Shown: piece by piece, positions 1 through 10,669 of the stretch
Numbering within the stretch: position 1 is the stretch's first letter
Layout of the letters: every line of letters begins with the position of its first letter
DNA from: Basidiobolus meristosporus CBS 931.73
Taxonomy: Eukaryota > Fungi > Basidiobolomycota
Assembly: GCA_002104905.1 (NCBI GenBank)
Contig: MCFE01000228.1
Coordinates: forward strand, 58,069 to 122,068
Reading direction: 5' to 3'
Length of the DNA: 64,000 nt
Position numbers and translations under genes: made by a program
The notes under the pieces: generated by a model
The model's database searches: none
What the model saw: the letters and a program-made list of their open reading frames with translations, nothing else
What the model was told of the DNA's origin: nothing

Positions 1-626
1 TGGATATCCAAGGATGCGTTAGCATCACTGCGTATGTCTTGGCTCGTTGACTTGTAGGCCTCTGTTGAGCTTCCCTGGCCATTCCGGCGTCTGTATGGCC
101 CCCTCTTTACCCCCTTCTTTCGAGCTTTACGTGGCGAGTCGGCACATGTATCTGTTAGCCCATACTTGGTGCACCGTGAGCAGGGTCTACCCTCGTCACA
201 CTTCTTACAAGCCTTCTGGCAGTTGACTGGAAGATTGTTGGGTTAGAGCGGGATTCGAGGTGAAAGAAGGGAGGAAGGGATGCGTGAAGTAGGTGGGCGA
301 CTGAACGAATAGACAATATGCTTACCGCATGCATTTTTCACTTGCTGCCTCTTTTTGGTTTTCGTCAAATAAATGTTTCCCGTTTCCAAGGTTCTTTCTT
401 CTGTCTCGCAATTAGGTGAGTTTTGTGAAGTGAGTATCTTCCTTGGTTTAGCATATTTAGAACTCGTAAGTGAAGTGGGATCTGAAAGACTTTCATTATA
501 ATTATTCATCGCAAAGGTAATCACGTCTTCGGTACCGAGCATCCCTTTATATACAAAACTCGTGAAATCCACTACCGCCCTATTTACTAATGCAGTTTGT
601 TCGGAATAAAATTGGTAAGGGAGCAT
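1..626 (-). CDS. Zn(II)2Cys6 fungal transcription factor, runs off the left edge of the window; true start may lie in an upstream exon
   Basis: Splicing a GT-AG intron at 227..325 (GTAAG donor, CTAAC branch point) gives KRQQVKNACVNCQKACKKCDEGRPCSRCTKYGLTDTCADSPRKARKKGVKRGPY, a complete CX2CX6CX5CX2CX6C binuclear cluster plus a basic tail. Confidence 0.9.
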
Positions 627-2561
627 ATGTATGACATCATTTCTAAGGTAATGGTTTTACCGTTTTAAGGTTGGGTAAACGAGTGCTTTAAAGTGACGGT
701 GCACTCCAACCTGTACATCCAAGTCAGAATTTCGTAATGAATTTCCCAGGAATTGTATTTTAGCCTAATGAACGCAACTACATTACATTGCTTCCACTTT
801 TGTTTTCCGCTCGAATGAGCCATTACACTGCGCAACAGAGTGGGGCGTTTTAAGATGGAATTCGGGGTGTACCTAAGTCATCCCTAGATGGTTAGGCTAT
901 GCAGATCTCAGCCTCTTGGCCGTATTCAAAAGCAGCGCAAAAGAACAAACTACTCCTGCCACCATCAGAACGCTCTTGGCAGGCGCGAGTCTCCTGCTGT
1001 GCATAGGAATATATAGATACCAATCATGATTTCATATCTGCACCGACATTACCAAAAATGCACTCACGCGGGATTCGGAGACAAATAGTTAAGAACACAG
1101 TACACATAAAATAGCGCCATCGTGGCAACCTCCATGTATTACAGTGGAGCCGAGGTAGATTTTGATTTATCGAGAATCCCAAAAACACTCAAATACGGAA
1201 AGTGGCCCTACCACTAAAAATGGCCCGTTTCTCGTTTAATACGCATTATTACTATTACTTAGGTTATGGCACCTTGTCTGGATCGGGGGAATTAACGAGG
1301 CAATCAGATATTAGAGTATTCTCAATGGCTGATCGCTGATCAGCAATGTTGTTTTAACCAGCTGAAAGTGAATAAACTAAATAATGTTTCTTCACTTCGT
1401 CTTATTGCAATTTTTGTGGGGCTTGCATGTATATTAGAAATACAACACATAGTTCAATCCAAAAAAGGAACCACCGAGTCTAGAAGTGGGTTCGTATTCC
1501 ACGAGCAAAGCTGAAGTGCATACTTAACTGAGTAGTAATATACTATGGATTGAATATCCGGTGCCAACTATAACTTGGCAAGCTACTCTTCTGGTGATAT
1601 GGAATGACAGGAAACAATCATGATAAATGGGCGTGTTTATCCTTTGCATGCATGTCTGGCATTACAAGGGCTCAACCTTTGGCTGCTCAACTGTCTAGTA
1701 AAGGATGCAAGATAGATCTGGAATTGTAGCTACATAACACATAATTATCTCAAGCGAATACGATGTGAGGATTAGTCGCTTCTGGCCTGAACTCCGAGTA
1801 TACACAGAAATTTCGACTTGCTCTCAACAATATGGTGCTAAACGATGTAAAATTCTCCTTTGTTCACTACATTTCTTGTTATTTTGGGGTTGCAGAGTCT
1901 TACTTCTAATTGGAAGTGACACAAATATCACTAGGTGCTTTATGTCGACAGCTCAACAATTACACCCATTCGAACTGTTTGGTCTGGCCACATACTCATT
2001 TCTAGGCAGTCTCGACTGCATTACAAATCAAGACTCACAATCACCCCTTTAAGTACCGTATAGGCTAGTTTTGTAATAACTTTCTGGGCTACGTTAGATT
2101 GAGGCTAGCTAGCCACCAGTCATAGATACACTTGTATTGCGACAACGTTGTAACTCAAACACATATTAGTAGAGCGAGGGATGCAACACCATTCGATAGT
2201 AACCATGCCTAGGAACAGTCCAACTCACTTGATATTAAACCCCAGATACATCCATGCATCGTCGTGTTATTTTCCCAGTACCACTGAAGTATATTATGTT
2301 CTATATAGAACTGTGGTAAAAAATGCTTCTTTAATCGGCTTTATCTTGAGCACATCAATTCCTAAATTTATATCCTTTCACGAGCCTTTTGTGAGGTATT
2401 TACAATGCATAACAGCTAGTCACTAATTCTTACGCATCACACATGCTATGATCGGATGGGAGCTCATGTGATCAGAGGTGAAGGTTTGTTCTATATATTC
2501 AAAATAAAAATTTGTATTACAATCTTAACGTCTTTCGCAGATATTGTTTTTATCTTCTCAT

Positions 2562-2948
2562 ATGGGTACCTCAAGATTAGAAGTTTTCAAGGTACTGGCA
2601 GTGAAGCGGCATCAGTGCTCCACCGTCTACATTGTGGCTAACTCCCTATTTTCGTGTCGTTTTAGTTTGGCGTCTATGTCTTTTTCCCGGTCGCTGTGAT
2701 GCTCTACTTCGGGCATCAACAATTCTACGACAAATACCTGGACGGCGTAAGTTTGATTCATACCCATTGGAGTGTACGACACCTGGCTTATTCATGGGGT
2801 GCTTTAGGTTTCTTTTTATCCCCCAGCTGAGAATTGCAACGTACCAGCCAACAACAAAAAGGATTTACAGGAGCAGCTGGCTCAACTACGAGCTGAACGT
2901 CTTGCCAAGAAGAGGGCTAGTCATGCTAACGAGAGTGAGGAGAACTAG
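2562..2948 (+). CDS. PET100: PET100-like cytochrome c oxidase assembly factor, 83 aa, 3 exons (2562-2591, 2666-2746, 2808-2948)
   Basis: Missed by the ORF track. Two GT-AG introns give MGTSRLEVFKFGVYVFFPVAVMLYFGHQQFYDKYLDGVSFYPPAENCNVPANNKKDLQEQLAQLRAERLAKKRASHANESEEN*. The LEVFKFGxYxxFP N-terminus, single TM helix and charged C-terminal helix fit the Pet100 family. Confidence 0.8.
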
Positions 2949-3170
2949 TTTCCACGGCACTGTCCAGAATAAAGATGTTTTATATGTTCCATGGCGTATG
3001 AACCATTAACTGGCTTTCACAGCCTTATTCAAGTATTGATTTATTTCCCTATGCGAAGTAGTGATCTGATGTGAAATGTATCGGCAATGAGACCAAAAAA
3101 TTTTCGAGGACGATTTTTGAACCGGTGGGGTAGACAATGTCAGGATGGCTTGGAGGTCCTTTGATTACGG

Positions 3171-4376
3171 TCATACCTTCGGGATCAAATGGGCCTTCAA
3201 TAGTTTTAGTCTTTGAAGCGCCGACTCGTATTGGTTGGGTACACTCTCTTGGCTGGTTTCGGCATCCACATTCGATCTGGTATCGATCCAAGAGAAGTCG
3301 TAACTTCCGTAGACCTCATCGGTGTAGGGAACACACACTAGATACTCAAGGATATCGGAAGCATATTTACGGCTGGTTGGCTTGGAGAGAGGTTGATATT
3401 TGGATTGTCTACTAGAGGTAAGGTTGGTTGGATCCGAATAATCCAAAGCGGTCTCGTCCGAATACAGACAGTTGTTCAGGAAGTCAAGGACCTCCTGGCC
3501 ATCCATGCGCGGGTCATGGTAGTCCCTATCAATGGGTGTGTATGGCGAAGACGATGACTCCACGCTGGAGCTCAGCATGTCATGGTCTTTTGCAGGGCCA
3601 TCCCGAAAAGCATCAACGTCACTATGCATGTGGGACGCATAGGTCTCATGCTTGAATTCCTTCTCCCAGTCATTCAATACCTCATCTAGTAGCGGATCCT
3701 CTTCGGACAGAGCATCTGCAGTCTGAGCCCCAAATAGCCTCTCGAATTCATGATACCACTTTTCATGGATATCACTGCGATTCTCCATTGAGTCGGGGGT
3801 TAAATGGCTAGGGAATTCGCGTGAGTGCAGCAGACTTAAAACATCTAAACCATCGTCCTCTGGGGCATGCCAGGTGTTTTCCACCTCGCGCGAAGCCTGC
3901 TCAAATTCGTCTATCCATTTCGTCGGTATCTCTCTCTCGGACAGCTGGGTGGGAACTAGTTCAGCGGGTAGTTGTTGCTCTAAAAACCCTAATATCTCTG
4001 TCCCATCGGTTTCCTCGCTGCGCCAAGTTTGAAAAGTGCTCTCGTGTCCCCCATTGAAGTGGATTTCGCTCGCTACGAAGTGAGGTCTTGTAGCCCCAGC
4101 ATCATCCTTTTGCTCCAGCTCGTATAGAGTCCTCGTAGAGTCCACCGTCCCTGAACCAGCTGGGCTTTGCTTGCTGTTTGTAAACTGTTGCAAGCTATTG
4201 ATTGTTGCATTGCTTATTGGCTGTGTGCCACTGCTAACATCTTTCGCAAGTGCCTTTGTAGATTCTTTGATGCGCTGCAATAGATTGTTCGGTTGCTGCT
4301 CTTCGGCTTTAGCTTTCCCCTTGCCAGATTTGCCGATTGGAGTGTGTTCTCTTTCTGTCATTTCCCTACCACCCAA
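3171..4376 (-). CDS. Intronless 401-aa acidic hypothetical protein with three WxxxF motifs and three DGx[ED][VI]Lx[FL]L repeats
   Basis: Long clean ORF in the gene-rich zone; WIDEF, WYHEF, WEKEF; DGTEILGFL, DGLDVLSLL, DGQEVLDFL; C-terminal amphipathic ALQRLKLLKAHL. Confidence 0.75.
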   Translation of the reverse strand: MGGREMTEREHTPIGKSGKGKAKAEEQQPNNLLQRIKESTKALAKDVSSGTQPISNATINSLQQFTNSKQSPAGSGTVDSTRTLYELEQKDDAGATRPHFVASEIHFNGGHESTFQTWRSEETDGTEILGFLEQQLPAELVPTQLSEREIPTKWIDEFEQASREVENTWHAPEDDGLDVLSLLHSREFPSHLTPDSMENRSDIHEKWYHEFERLFGAQTADALSEEDPLLDEVLNDWEKEFKHETYASHMHSDVDAFRDGPAKDHDMLSSSVESSSSPYTPIDRDYHDPRMDGQEVLDFLNNCLYSDETALDYSDPTNLTSSRQSKYQPLSKPTSRKYASDILEYLVCVPYTDEVYGSYDFSWIDTRSNVDAETSQESVPNQYESALQRLKLLKAHLIPKV

Positions 4377-7300
4377 GTGTCGACTGTATTAACTATTAAT
4401 GATGTCTGCATGATTTTGCCTTTACTCCATATGATGTCCACATCTGATAAAATTACTCCGGTTTCAAAGATAGTGACTACGAAATGAGTGAATATTTCAT
4501 TCAGTCTTCTTTACTTTACATGAGAATTTAAATAGCCGATGGTTTCGCCGACAGCATATCATCCTAGCCAATCAAGAGTATAGCAGAATGGAACATATGA
4601 CATTCCAGTCCTTCAGACGTGTTAACTCTCTCACGAGGGCTCTAACCAATAGTGTTGGCTTGATTAATTCAGAATCGTAGCCCTGTAGGTAAATAGTGAT
4701 GGAACTTGAACTTGTTGGAGACTCGGGTTTCAATTACAAATGGTAAGCTGCTGTGTAAAGCTGGATGAAGTATCGACTCTGCCTTAGGCGTTTATTATTA
4801 ACATGGAGTTTATGGATTGAGACGGAAATGCTCCTGAATCAGGGATGAGCTTGCACATTACCAATACAGTCAGCAACATCAGCTCTCATTGCAGATTTAC
4901 AGCAATGTTCAGTCCGGATTTGGGGATGGGGGCTTCTTCTATCTTCACTCGAGTCTTGAGTCCTAACTGGACGACCTACACTTTGCCTAGACGCCACTCA
5001 TTCTCGTCAGGCCAGTAGAACCGGTTGATGACAGAGATCGGGGAGAGGTGATTCCTGATACCCTGGAGTCTACCAACAGCTATCCATCTCCTCTCGACGG
5101 GGCCGACTTTGCCAGTTTGTGGTTGAGCAAAGGAGCGGTTGAAATACCTTTGGTTGGGTTGAGATGGCTCCATGGTCCTAATGTGATCACTTCTTAGACT
5201 AATAAATGAGATAAAAGATTTATGAAAGATTCAACTGCGAATGAAATCATATCAATTACGATATAATCAACACTGATTCATCTTGACTTTTTTGGTATTT
5301 CCTGATCCTAATATCTTCGTTGCCAGTCTCGAAGGAGACAATATTCTCGCCACCTCCACGGAGATGCTGTCATGTAGAGACAACTGACGAGTGCCTCATA
5401 TGCGTTTGGGTGGCTGCTTCGCTCACAGCGTATGGGTGGTTTGTAGTCAGGCTAGTTTCGAAGCGCTGGGGGGGGGGTTTCTGGCTGTCAGGTATGCAGA
5501 CCACTGCAGATAACATCCACTGTCTACATTAGATCAATTGTATCGCTTGCAAGAAACATAGGCCGCTGGCATACGGTAACAGATTGCACATTGGGCATTA
5601 CCTGCGCCGAAATTTAGCTGCCTCAAATAAAACTGGTGGTGAGTAAAACTTGATTTATAATACGTTCGACAGCCTGCCAGCAACTTGTTGCTATTGCTCT
5701 AAATCATTTGTCTAGAACTGCTCTGTATAAGACCCCCCGCTGCATACTGAGAGTGAGAAATCAGGATATTGGAAACACAATCTCATGGAGTCCCAATCCC
5801 ACTGAATCCCAAGTATTGTCCATATCACGGCCACGTCAGAAAATCGGCCATAGAGGCCTTTGAAGTGCGCCATGGGAACATTGTTTCATCAGCTCTTCTC
5901 AAGCTAGGTGGAGAAATAATCACTACGATTCAGTCCACTCGCTCCCCTCCAAACAAATCGATCTATCTGTGAGACACCCTTGGAGGCCCTTTTCAACGAC
6001 ACCCTATTTTCGGCAGGCCGTGGCTTTATAAGCGGCGCTGGGCACCTCCTCTCCAGCAATGACCCAATTTCCCAAGCACACTATCCCCCCTACCATTTGA
6101 GCCTCTATAGATTGTTGTATACAGTTGTCGTCTTCTATACATGTTTGTGAATTATTGCTTCGTAGAGTCGTTATAACATAGCTCACATCAATTCGAAAAG
6201 TACCAGCCCAGCCCAACGCCCATACATCCCTATACATACGCCCATCCATTCCACTACACCAAGCATTCATGGCTTCCACGGTCAACCCTAAACGAACACT
6301 GACTCTCGTAGAAATCGGGGAGAACCATTGTTTCAAGCTCAAGAAACACTATCACATCAACGCCCCTGATGCATCCGCTGCCTTCACATACACACCTGTC
6401 AGCTTCAAGTCAGATCCCCCGGCTGCTGACGAGGAAAGAAATATAGAAAGAGTGCCTATTAAAATGGAACTAGATAGAAAAATACCTGACTATGTATTTT
6501 ATCGTAGAAATGCTATTGCCGGAGGAGCCCTCCCCATGCCCTCGATAGGCAAGAAGGGTATCAAGGCTGATGGCATTTGTTAATAGTTCTCTGCACATTC
6601 GTATCTTGTTCATAATCATTCTACCATTTGTGATGCGACAACGCGATATAAACTTTTGTTCAAACCGATGCTCTTGGCCAACGCAACAGCCATCATATCC
6701 CCCTCCTCATGAGATCACTCTAGGCCTGAGCAATTTCACATCTGTTGTTGATCTGGGACTGTGTTACATTAAGGCGAGCCTTATTGGAACCCGTGATGGA
6801 GATGGGAAGAAGTCACTCACCAAGCTTTCAATGGGCAATGAGACGCATCGCTTGAGCCCCAGATAAAGGATAAAAGCTGCGTTCCAACAATGAACTTGGC
6901 TCGAGTGGGGTCGATGATAGCATCTACTCGTCATTGGTATTGGGTTTATCCATGGCAATTGGTTGATCCCTGATGATTCGGTGCAATGTAGCGCCTTCGT
7001 CCATTCAAGACATAAGCAAGTTCGGTCAAATGTGGCCTGTTTGGAGACTCGCATCATACCAAGCCACTTGTATGCCGTTGATCTTGGGTGAAACGATTCA
7101 CACACCCGACTCGAGCACTGGACCTCTCAAGCCATCAGAAATATGTTCTAATGCACCAGTAGTGATGGGCGTGTGATCAAGCTTTCAGATGGGAATCTCA
7201 CCTCCACCTCCAAGTGAGCCCCACTACAGCATACGTCTATGACTCGACATACTGCGTGGAGACATACATAAACCAGTGATCACGCCTACTTCCCCATCAA

Positions 7301-7859
7301 GCCTGGAATGCCGATGTGTGTTCCATGGAACAATTCTATTGACGAAGACGACGAAGTACGCCATTGGATGGTTTGCCGCTAAGATCTCGTAAAGCGGATG
7401 AGTGACATGATCGAGAATCACTGGGTATACCATGGTTCCTGTGGGGCCGGTGGCGCCTGGATGAATTCCTTGGCTAGTCACTATCCATCGACCAAATCCC
7501 ACTTCCTAAGAAAACCACTGATGTTTCAATAGTGCTATTGTCTGGGGGCCTCTAATTGGCACAATGCGTTAACGATTCGCTAAGCGATACATGGTCACCG
7601 ATTTAAAGAAACGGCAGTGGCATATAAGAAATAATCGGTTGTTTGGAATGAATGGTTTTCTTGTGGCTGCATGGAATGGCTGATGATGCAGCTCCGTGAA
7701 AAGAATGAATACAGTAGGGTTCCAGAGAGCCTGAAGGGTCAGGTCGGCGAAATGAGAAGGGAGGGTGAGGGTGAGGATGCTGATCAAAATATCGATCCAT
7801 TAATCCCGCTTCGGGAATACAGTTATATAGACTGGGAATCTGTATGGCTATCAGGGACA

Positions 7860-9220
7860 TTAAGCCTGAGTCTCCGGGGCGACCGCCTTCTCTTTCACCG
7901 GATCTATGGGATGCTCAGTCAGTCATTTATGATGGCTTATGAATAGCAAGATGCGAAGTACCAAAGTAAGGGTGCTCCATAGCTTCCTTGGGTGTGAGCC
8001 TTTCTTGATGGTCATAACGGAGCAGTTTGTCCAAGAAGTCCAGAGCCGCAGGGGAGACGTACTTCTGATTCTCCGGGGTGACGAATTTGTTCCAGGGTTT
8101 ACGGGCATATCTGCCCAGAATGTCATTGTACTGATTGTCCAGACGAATCGAATACTTGTCCAAGTAGGCAAACAACTCATCAGTGCCAAGTACCTTGGCT
8201 ATCTTGACCAACTGATCGTAGTTGTCTTGACCATGGAAGAACGGATCCTTGCGGAAAATCATCCCAGCAAACATACATCCCAAACTCCACATGTCCAAGG
8301 AATAATCGTACTCTTGGAAGTCCACTAGGAGCTCAGGCCCCTTGAAGTATCTGGAGGCCACGCGAACGTTGTATTCGGTACCAGGATGATAAAATTCAGC
8401 AAGGCCCCAATCAATTAGACGAAGCTGTGGGCAGGTTAGTAGGGCACAAGTATGAATTGGCTTGCAGCATGAGCATACCTGGCGCTTTTCGTGGTCAATC
8501 ATGACATTGTGAGGCTTAACGTCGCGATGCATAATGCCCTTGGAGTGACAGAAATCTAAAGCCTGCAGGATTCAACTAGGTTGGTACTCGATTCCGGCTA
8601 AAGCGAAAATGAAGCTAAGGTACCTTCAGAAGTTCAAAGATGTAGAAACGAACATCGTAATCCGTAAACTTGGGATACAATATTTTGAAATCGATGTTGT
8701 TGACATGCTCGAATATCAAAGAGGGAGTTTTGCTCTGCAAGGCGGTTGAAGTCAGCGTTTGGGTTGAGGAGTGGTTAAGAAAGCAAGTTACACTCACTTG
8801 GGGATCTCTAACAACATCATACAGAGTAATCACATTGATTCCTCCGGCAAGATTTTGCAAGATTTTGATCTCACGCTTGATCTTCTTCTTTCTGACGGGC
8901 TTCAGAACCTTGATTACCACTTTGCGGTTATTGGTGATGTCCACACCTTCAAAAACCTCCGAGTATTTTCCACGGCCAACTTTACGAACAATCTCATAGC
9001 TGTCTTGGCCTCTAACAGATGCGGTCAAAGTTAGCATCGATCTCGCGCGAGTGTTATGTATCATAGCGGGCGTAAGAATCGTCCAGAAAACGCTCTGAAA
9101 GCCACGGAATAAAAGGAAAACTTACCCCCAGTTAACTTGCAGATTGTCATAGTCCCAATACTCTCTGGGTAAGGTTTGATTTACGTTGGCATACGATCTA
9201 GCTACGCTGCGAGACGTCAT
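7860..9220 (-). CDS. CKA1: Casein kinase II catalytic alpha subunit, 6 exons (9220-9126, 9011-8798, 8734-8624, 8562-8479, 8424-7962, 7903-7860)
   Basis: Spliced product [32 protein letters not shown]...GRGKYSEVF...[15 protein letters not shown]...HRDVKPHN...DWGLAEFY...ASRYFKGPE...[19 protein letters not shown]. All five introns are GT-AG, 54-114 nt. Confidence 0.97.
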
Positions 9221-9607
9221 TCTGGAACGTTTCGTCAGATCTGGTTGTAGTAGAGCGTTTAGCAAGACTGCAAGTGAGAAGCTTTTTAGTATACAGCTTG
9301 ATTTTTGTAGCCCATCAGCGCTGAGATATGATGGAGTCCAATGAAATTTGTTGCATGGAAATCATTTAGATCATGGAGAACACTCGGAAAATCGCTAGTC
9401 GCCTCGGCACGTGATATGATCCTGACACCACTCAATCGTTGTATACATGATTTTTCACATGCTTAATTTTCATAGCGAATGCTTATAATATACTCACTAT
9501 GCTTGACATGGAACCGCGTTAGCTATCAATGTATATATGGGACAATACCTGACATCAGGACGTTCATTTTCATTGCCAGATTTCCTTACAGCTTGAGACT
9601 CATAACC

Positions 9608-10223
9608 TGTTGTAAGAGTGTTAGAGATATCGGAAGTGTTTGGGAGAGCAAGTAGATTTTGTTGTAAAAATTTGTAATTGCACCTAAATATTCACCCAAC
9701 TCAGTCACTTTGATCATTACCTACAAATCCTAGAGAATTCTGAGCAAATTCCTTGTTGGGATTTACTCAGAATATTTTCACCTAAGCATCAGGTACCCAG
9801 AACATGAGATTTTGATAAGTTATCCAAACAGCTCCAAACCTTGCACCTGTGCTCTTGGGACCTTCACAAGTATACTCTACAGTTTTGCTTTGCCAAGACC
9901 ATGTAAAAGTATAAGTATCACTTTTACATTCAATAATACAATAAGTGAAAACCACATAATCTACTTGCTCTCCCAGTCACTTCCAATATCTCCAACACTT
10001 GTACAACAGGTTATAAGCCCATAGCTGTCACTCTCTGGAATGTCCACTACTGCTATTACTGGAATTTTTCCCTCTGCTGAAAAGTTGGATGGATCTTACT
10101 ACAAAGTGTGGAAAGTGGAGGTGAAGATGCCACTACAAGAAAGAGGCCTCTGGGGTGTTGTTAAGGGAGAGGAATGTCCTCCTAAAGGTGTAGGAGAAGA
10201 AGTTGCAAAGTAGTAGAAGAAAG
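9608..10223 (+). mobile_element. Copia family A remnants: truncated LTR (9608-9659, minus-sense) joined to an oppositely oriented LTR (9660-10008), PBS and decayed gag start
   Basis: TG...CA 349-bp LTR similar to the family A LTR; PBS GGTTATAAGCCC at 10009-10020; KVWKVEVKMPLQERGLW-like gag fragment. Confidence 0.8.
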
Positions 10224-10572
10224 TTTTGCAATACTCTGAGGAGTATTGGAAGTGATGTGGAGAACTAAAGTATTTACATGTTACTCACTTTTAGATTGAT
10301 TGTTCAAAAGTATGGTATTTATACTTTTGGTAAAGTAGAGCAAAAAATCATGTAGAGTTTGTTAGGGAAGGTCCCAAGAATATGTGTGCAAAGTTTGGGG
10401 GCTTTTGGACAACTCTGAGAATGATCATAATCTGGGTACTTAATAATTTGGTGAAAATATTCTAAGTAAATCCCAACAAGAAATTTGGTCAGGACAGAAT
10501 GCTAATCAAAGAATAAGATCTATGTTACTAAGCTAGCATGAATATTTTGGTGACAACTTATTAACTACAACA
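10224..10572 (-). mobile_element. Copia-type LTR, family B, with adjacent PPT-like tract
   Basis: 349 bp, similar to solo LTRs at 20803 and 34699, ends ...ACAACA followed by CTTCCACT (reverse PPT). Confidence 0.7.
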
Positions 10573-10669
10573 CTTCCACTTGACAAAATATTCATGAGTA
10601 ATAAATACATATTAAGAGTTTGCAATCTGTAATAGGCATATATAATTTAACTGTGTTGCATGCTGGACT

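Noticed and set aside
243-325. C-terminal part of track ORF 243-626
   Set aside because: It is intron read-through; splicing restores the Zn2Cys6 cluster.
1486-1502. GTGGG-TTCGTAT-TCCAC resembles a tRNA T-arm
   Set aside because: No D-arm, anticodon arm or acceptor stem can be built around it.
3171-4376. Calling the WxxxF protein PEX5 or PEX20
   Set aside because: No TPR domain, no conserved N-terminal cysteine, and no recognisable Pex7-binding box.
7927-9064. Track ORFs 7927-8532 and 8615-9064 as separate proteins
   Set aside because: They are CK2 alpha exons read through in-frame introns; the overlapping + strand ORFs are antisense shadows.
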